DNA of 58,870 nucleotides from Stylophora pistillata (Eukaryota): NCBI RefSeq assembly GCF_002571385.2, contig NW_019217873.1, positions 211,642 to 270,511 of the forward strand, read 5' to 3'. Shown piece by piece: positions 52,189 to 58,870 of this stretch (position 1 is its first letter; each line of letters starts with the position of its first letter). The notes under the pieces were generated by a model. It saw only the letters and a program-made list of their open reading frames with translations, ran no database searches and was not told where the DNA came from. The position numbers and the translations under genes were made by a program.

Positions 52189-55100
52189 TCAACAATTTAT
52201 TTTCGTCAATTTAACTTCCACGCTGAATCCGTTCTTCAAATTGGCAAAGACCAGTTTGTTTCCTCGGCTTGGTTTCTCGGTTACTGTTCTGATCACTTCA
52301 ACCATTGGCACGTAGCCAGTTGGAGAACCATGTACCTTGGGTAGTTCTGGAAGAATAGTGCTCACAGTGCGTGCCAAGGTGACTTCAACTTGGATCTCTT
52401 TGCTTTCTGTTTTAAACATCTCATCTTCTCCGACATCGCCGGAGGTTCGCAAGATTTTAGAACCGGGGAAATTAAGGTCGGGGTAACTGATGCTTAAATA
52501 CAGCTCCTCGAAAGTTTCTTCAGCCATGATCCTGCACTGTCTGTCCACTGCTGTAACAACCCCCCAGGAAGGAAGAGGGATAGATGACGTCGCCTGGAAA
52601 AACACGTAACCATAGAGTGGACGTCGGATGGTATTACGTTCAGGAGATCTTTCAAATAGAACCACATGAGCCTCATCGTCTTGCTTTATAACCCTGTAAA
52701 GTTTAGCGGTTACGCCAGTTTCCTGCATTTTCCAGTAATCGTCAGCAGAGTCTACATATGAAGGAGTCTGTATGTGAATAGCGTACTCGTAGCTTCCATC
52801 TCGTCCACTGTGCTCAAGCCAGGCAGTTCCGTAGGTGCCACTAGATGGTTTAGCCGAGGCTGTTTGCGAGTTTTGTGTTTGTACATGAACCTTAAGATTG
52901 GGTGCACTTGCTCTTGGTATGTAGTAGCTGTTGCCCTTGGTGTCCACCAGAGTTGTGTATTCCTTTGCCGGAGAAGATGGGGACAAAACTGGGGTAATGG
53001 CTTTAAAAGGAGTTGAATGATCTTTTCGCTCATCATCAACTTTAATGAACGAGCTGTCACTTATCAGTTTGTCTTGGAAAAGGGTCGTTTGCGCTTGTGT
53101 TGCCCGACCTCTGTTTACGGTAATGTTGCTTCCCAGACAGACCAACACGTTTTGAAAAAAGAAAACAGATTTCTTAAAGTGGAGATTGATTTTGGGATCG
53201 TCTGCGTAAGTAAATCTGTAATTTGGTTGGTTAAAGTCCATGCCAAATAGTCCACTGGATAAAGACTCTAATCCTCTGTAGGAAACTCCTCCAGCAAAGG
53301 AGTTGGGACTGAAGTTTCTTGCTCTGCTCACCCTTGTCTGAGCAAGAGTAAGGGTCATCGTTGTGGCTCCAGGTATTTTTGTCCAATCCCATCCATTGTT
53401 TATATCGTGAGCCTTCAATGCTTCTTCGCTGTTCGCTATTAACATTGAACCATGACTCTGATAGGTACCAAACACATTTTCTTTTTTTCCCTTTGTAGAT
53501 CCCTCAAAGTCCCAGACAAAGCGGTTAAAGCCTTTTATTGTCACTGCCCAGTCCTTACGACGATGAACTGAAAGAGCAGCAAAGTTTTTGGACCAATGAC
53601 CTTCAGGAGAGAGCTCAGGAGATGTACCTTTAGAAAAGACCTATGTTCGAGAAAACAAATCATAAAATCATTAATGTTGCTTAAAATCAAAATTTAACTT
53701 TGCACAGGAAAGCAAAATACTATTGTTACAAGCTTAGAAAAGGGTACGAATGAGCCCGCAAGCTCTCTATTAATTTTCAAAAGGACTACAATGCGGTGTT
53801 GTATTGCAGAAAGGAAGGTTACAATTAACAGCGAAATGGTGAATTTTGCCAAAAACCTGAACATTAGCCAGCAACATAATCATTGTTGCATCTTCCTTCT
53901 GGTTCACACAAACAAGATTTTATGTTCGAGTATAGTAGTAATCCATTACTTAATGTTTACGACAGGAATCAATCAAAGCCCAATCTCGATGAAACCTTGC
54001 ATTGGAATTGCCTTAAAAAGGGAAGACATCTCGTTGAAGCCTCCTTTACACCTGTTCCGTATCAATTCCTTAAAAAAAAATGGGCCTACAACCAACTGCA
54101 ATGTCACGAAATTCAAGTATCTAGTTCCCTTTAATTAAAGAGGTGGTGTTCAATACCTTGTTGTTTACTTTTAGGAATATCTGGTTTTAGTTCTCAAAAA
54201 GGCTGAGCTAAGCAACTATCTGTGTAGGCATTCAGCAACATTTAGTTGATAAACTTACGGTCGACATAATTTTCAGTGATCCAAGACTGTTCATATACGA
54301 TTTTCCCCTGTTAACCGTTCCATCTTCCAAGTACTTTTTAACAAATTCGTCCGTAGGCTGGTACAAACGTAAAAACATCCCAGCGTTCTCGACAACAGGA
54401 ACTGAGACTTCTTAAGCAGGGGTCGATGCCAGAGGACCAGACGGATGTGAAACACTGATGTAGGCGTATGCTGGAAGAATTTTTATCAAAACCTTTTTGG
54501 AATAGTCAACAATACGTCCCCCGACACTGTTTGGTGTTGAATACTTTACTGCTACCAGCCTCAATGTCTCAAGGGCTTTGCGTAAATTTTGTTTCGACTC
54601 ATCTGACAGTGCAAAGTCCGTTCCTTCTAGGAGGTATTGCACTTGCGCAGCTGTATGATATGCGTGTGGAGCATATGCAGATGCGTAGAATGTCTTGTGA
54701 TGAAAGCCGGTATAATCAGGTTTGATAACTCCTCCAAAGGCCTTGTTGATACTCAGGGCATTATCCATCCATCTTTTTAAAGCATCCATATCCCTCTGCC
54801 TTTCCTTGATTTCCATATCTGACTCAGCAGGCATTATCAACACAATCATGAGCCGAAACAACATTATTGTGATCATTCTGTCAGCCGTTGTTCCACTATA
54901 CTCGAACGTCGACTGATAAACTTCGCCAAAATCATTATACCACTTAGCAGTATTTATTAAGTTCAAAAGTCTTGGTCTGTATTTAGGGTCCCCGTGTAAC
55001 GCATCCTTTAGCAAGAAAAGTGTGTGCATGTAGCCAGCACCACCGCGGTTCATTTCATGATCAAGGGAGCCTATTGCACTCCCATCAGCCCATCCTTGGT

Positions 55101-56830
55101 CTTCAATGTAATCAAGCAGTTTAATTATTCTCTCGAGGCGGTTTTCGTTTTCCTTGTTCAATATTTTACGTACTTGGTCCTCCGTGTAAGGTTTACTCAG
55201 ACTTTCGAGATACTTACGAAACTCATCCTGCCTGTCTCCATTGTTTCCACAAATCCTTACGATCGCGCGGTTGACATTGACTGCTGTAGTAGAGCTCAGC
55301 TCAGAGGTTTCTTCGCTTACGGTCCGGGAAATTTCTTCGGGGCGGGATTTTAGAAAATATTCTATCGCTAAAGGCAGCATGATACGCATTTGGACGAAGC
55401 TGAATTTTCTTGTGGGATCTGTCGAGGAATACTTTCGTGTTCCATTGTCACAACCACGACAAAACAAAGGAGGCGCACTTATCACTGTCTTTCCTGAGTC
55501 GAGGCTCCTGAATTCAAGTCTATAGTATTCCAAATATGCATCGTCGATGCTACTCGCTAGTTTATTCCAACGCTTCTTAGCTTCTCCAGAGAGGTCATAG
55601 GTAGTTTCCCTTTGATCGAAATACCAGTTTTTCAAGCGACTCTCAATGTGTGTGAGACTCAATGATTTTGAGTCGACGACCGTTTCCGGAAGAGGAGTTG
55701 GATCCTTCTGACTCCAGCGATAGCTTTGCTGCCAGAAGTTGCTTGAATCATATCGTGACCTGAATCTAGTGATAGGTGGAACTATTTTGTCGCGAGACTG
55801 AGATGACATTCCTCTCACAAAGTGAAGGATATCGATGTATATTGTGTCGTGATGTTTCAAAACAAAATCAACTCTATCAATTTTAGTCCCAGAGCGGAGG
55901 CTGTTAGCATCACGTTTGCATTCTTCATAGGACACCCATATTCCTCGCCAGCCCTTAAATCCCAAGTCAATATTAAATGAACCAACTTGGTTTTTCCGTT
56001 CAGTGTCTCTAAATCTCACTTGCATACTCCTTCCCGATGAGGCAGTCTCTTTGTAGATCCACATCTTCACGCCTCCACGCCTTAGTTCACTTCCGCTGAT
56101 GGAGGCTCCTGAGCCTCTGTTGTACCTTAATCGCGATACTCCTGTGGTGCCAGATTCCCATCTCAGTGACCTTTTGCCGAGCTTGGCTACCGATTCTGGG
56201 AATGTTATTGTCCCTCTCGTTTCTGGTATACGTTTCAGGCAGTTTTCCTGTGTATCCGTCTCAAAGTCTAACAGTGACAGACACTCTGCAATAAATACCA
56301 AGATAACATCGTGAAAGGATATCACCATAGACAAAGACAGCAGCTATGCGCTCATATCACTACTTCTATATTTAGCTTGACTTCGACAGTTTTTTTTCTT
56401 TTCAAATCTTTAGCGGCCAAAGGGTGGAGAAGAACGTTGAGCAAATTGTGATTTTCTATTCCCTTCTGAAATTAAGGTTGGGAGTGCACTTGGAATTTGA
56501 AAAGGCAACAAATGTATTTCAGAGAACATGGATACTCGTTTGGTGTGTCTGACAACCGCACATGAAACACCATATGAATTCCGAGCACGTTCTGAAAGTA
56601 AGAAATAATAGCCTCAAATGGGAGATTTCTGACTAATTTCAATGATCATTTTGAAAGAGAATCGAAGTTATCTTTCATAGATCCTGGCCATGATACTGAA
56701 CATTGAAGTTGTAAGTTATATGTAGTAAGCTCTAACGTACTTATAACCTACCCTTTTGAGCCACTGCAAACTCCACTAGCAAGAGTGCAAACCCAATCAA
56801 AGCAAGACAAAAGAATCTTCTTCCAGACAT
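52189..56830 (-). pseudogene. PL8 chondroitin ABC lyase-like copy 3 with an in-frame TAA at 54412-54414; exons 56752-56830, 54259-56285, 52189-53640
   Basis: Same structure as copies 1 and 2. CCT GCT TAA GAA where copy 2 has CCT GCT GAA GAA. The frame is otherwise open. Confidence 0.75.
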
Positions 56831-57001
56831 GCCTAAAAACAGAAAAATAGAGATAAGAAAGATGCGTGACTCCAAATGGGACTAGTTCTACTGATACTCT
56901 ACCGAGGAGACTCGCGTAGGGTTTAATCAAAGTGGGTTGCTAAGAAAAAATTCCTACGTGCTGTCAAGATTTGATTGGTGTTTAGTTTGTGATATATACA
57001 T

Positions 57002-57246
57002 CAGGACCCAGTTGTTCGAAGGCCTATTAGCGCTAACCAAGCCGGTTAAATTTTAATCCAGGTTTCTTTATTTCTCTGTTTAAAAGCCTTTTTGGGAAAT
57101 TTTCTCTATTCTTTTTAGAAAATCCAATCATTAAATTGTAGACAAGAGAATTTAAATTGAATTTTCCTTTAAATCTTTTAGATATCAGACCAAATTTTAA
57201 CATTAACCTCGAGTTACCTTAAGCTAGCTTTGAACAACTCGGCCTG
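57002..57246. mobile_element. MITE in intron 1 of lyase copy 3
   Basis: Imperfect TIRs caggacccagttgttcgaag ... ctttgaacaactcggcctg. Confidence 0.65.
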
Positions 57247-57640
57247 GGTTGATAGTTAGTATCGAATCCACCATAATGAAACTCTTACTAACTGTAATAA
57301 AATGAGGTGTTTTAAAGACATTAGGGTATCTGAAGATAGCTTACATTATCGATATAAAAAAGCACTTTTTGAGAGATGAACAGGTTACCAAGCATTTGCC
57401 CCTACTAAATACGATTAACAGTGAGATGCAATTAGTGAGTAGGTTACCAAAAACAACAAACACCATCTGATGAATAGCCCTCAATAAGTTATTTGGACGC
57501 ACCTTTACCGAAGGCAATGTTTTGTCTTGATCTTTCTCCTTTTCTTCGATACTGTTATGGCCGAAATCTAATATTTACAAATAACAACCAATAGTTAACC
57601 AGTTCAAAAACACAACTAAGCAACAAACTATTGAACTTAC

Positions 57641-57775
57641 CTGTACTGGCAGAAAGGAACCTTTCGTTGATCCTCCTCTACCTTTTAAATTGTCCTCTAT
57701 TTAAAGCAAACTATCATTCTGTGGAAATTGTTACGCAGTCCTGTAATGGAAACCTGGTCGTGCTCTTATTGGCCA
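57641..57775 (-). promoter_or_regulatory. Putative core promoter and non-coding exon 1 of lyase copy 3
   Basis: Homologous to 38194-38330, with CCAAT, TTTAAATAG and CAG|GTAAGT at 57641. Confidence 0.6.
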
Positions 57776-58506
57776 GATAACAGCTTATTACTAAATCTGC
57801 TGCAAGACAATTGAATCAAGAGGGAAGAGAGCAGAAGATTAACATCGAAATACACGAAAAAGATATGGTTAGATGAATAACCTGCTTTTGACATCAGAGA
57901 GCAGAGGTGAGATGACAAAGTTCACCAGTCTCTAAATCTGCTTTGACAGAAATGTATGGTGGAGTTCAATGGAATCAAGAGGGTATGACAGCAGAAAAAA
58001 AAATGATTGAAATGCTTGGAAGACGTATATGCCTTGGTTGTGAATTGATTACCTGCTTCTGGTACAAGAGAGCTCATGGTAAGAGTGGGATGACAAAATG
58101 ATTTTACCGGACAGTGAGTCAAAGGAATCACTTTTTATGCCTGTAGAAAATGTATTAGGAATGTTGGAGACCGTTAAGAGAAAAAGAAAGGGCCCACACA
58201 TCAGCTGGGATTATAACTTTGGCTAAAATGTAATCTACATAAAAGTTTTCTATAGAAATTTGTTTGGACTTTTTTCTTGGATTTTTTTTTTATTCAATAT
58301 CCTTCACTCGCATCATTATAATGAGGTCGTGTTTTACCTTTAAAAAGTAAGAAAACGATATGGTGGGATACTTATATAAAAAAACTGTAAAATGCGCATG
58401 AGAATTGAATTATTGTGACGAGTTGCATTTTTACAACTATCCCACGCTCGCTACGCAATGAATATCATCTTTCATAAGAAAAAATTGTCGGAAAAACTGA
58501 TTTATG

Positions 58507-58695
58507 AATAATTTGGATATATCAACAAAGTTGAAATGGTAAATTGGCCACCGTAACGATTACAAAAGCTGACGTTTCGAGCTTTAGCCCTTCGTCGGAG
58601 CGTTTACCATTTCAACTTTGTTGATATAGCCAAATTATTTCGTTACTCCCACCGACGCAGCCCCAAACAGTTTCTTTCGAAACTATCAGCCTTTA
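58507..58695. mobile_element. Penelope-type terminal fragment with an inverted segment and a minimal hammerhead motif (58568-58601, minus strand)
   Basis: A 37-bp inverted repeat (58507-58543 / 58603-58639) brackets gct-CCGACGA-a-gggc-taaa-gctc-GAAAC-GTC-agc. Confidence 0.65.
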
Positions 58696-58870
58696 TTTTT
58701 TATGAATAATCACCTCGAGGTTAATTTTGGTTTAAAAGTATATTCATGTAATCCTTTAAAAAATTCATCTTTCCTTTAAACCTTTCCTCGTTAGTGGAAT
58801 TTGGAACGGAATTCACATAAAAATTACTAAAAATATCATTTTCTGTGATTCTGTCAGTTGATCCAACCTA

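Noticed and set aside
35152-55525. Plus-strand ORFs repeated three times within the lyase genes
   Set aside because: Antisense shadows of the conserved minus-strand CDS.
32904-56334. Six separate lyase ORFs forming a bacterial operon or contaminant
   Set aside because: The ORF pairs join through phase-compatible GT-AG introns into three genes, and the flanks carry host repeats.

Overview
Eukaryotic (animal) genomic DNA, AT-rich, with GT-AG introns. The repeat families suggest a cnidarian such as a stony coral (inference). 1-11.5 kb: a rearranged tRNA-Gly(TCC)/tRNA-Gln cluster with an approximately 2 kb inverted duplication. Its spacer holds a 5'-truncated Tx1/L1-type retrotransposon with a 15-bp target-site duplication (TSD). 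12.6-21.4 kb: two head-to-head secreted phospholipase A2 genes. 23.6-27.5 kb: a 4-exon bHLH-Orange gene resembling clockwork orange, with CACGTG E-boxes in its promoter. 30.7-31.7 kb: a Penelope-like element remnant. Four dispersed minimal hammerhead-ribozyme-like motifs of that family occur across the window. 32.9-57.7 kb: the main finding, three tandem genes (units of about 9-10 kb) for bacterial-type polysaccharide lyase family 8 (chondroitin ABC lyase-like) proteins of about 1185 aa. They carry spliceosomal introns and a separate signal-peptide exon. Copy 1 is intact, copy 2 has an intact ORF but has lost its non-coding first exon, and copy 3 has a single nonsense codon. Exon structures were assembled by hand and checked for splice phase. 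Family assignments come from motif recognition, not database searches.
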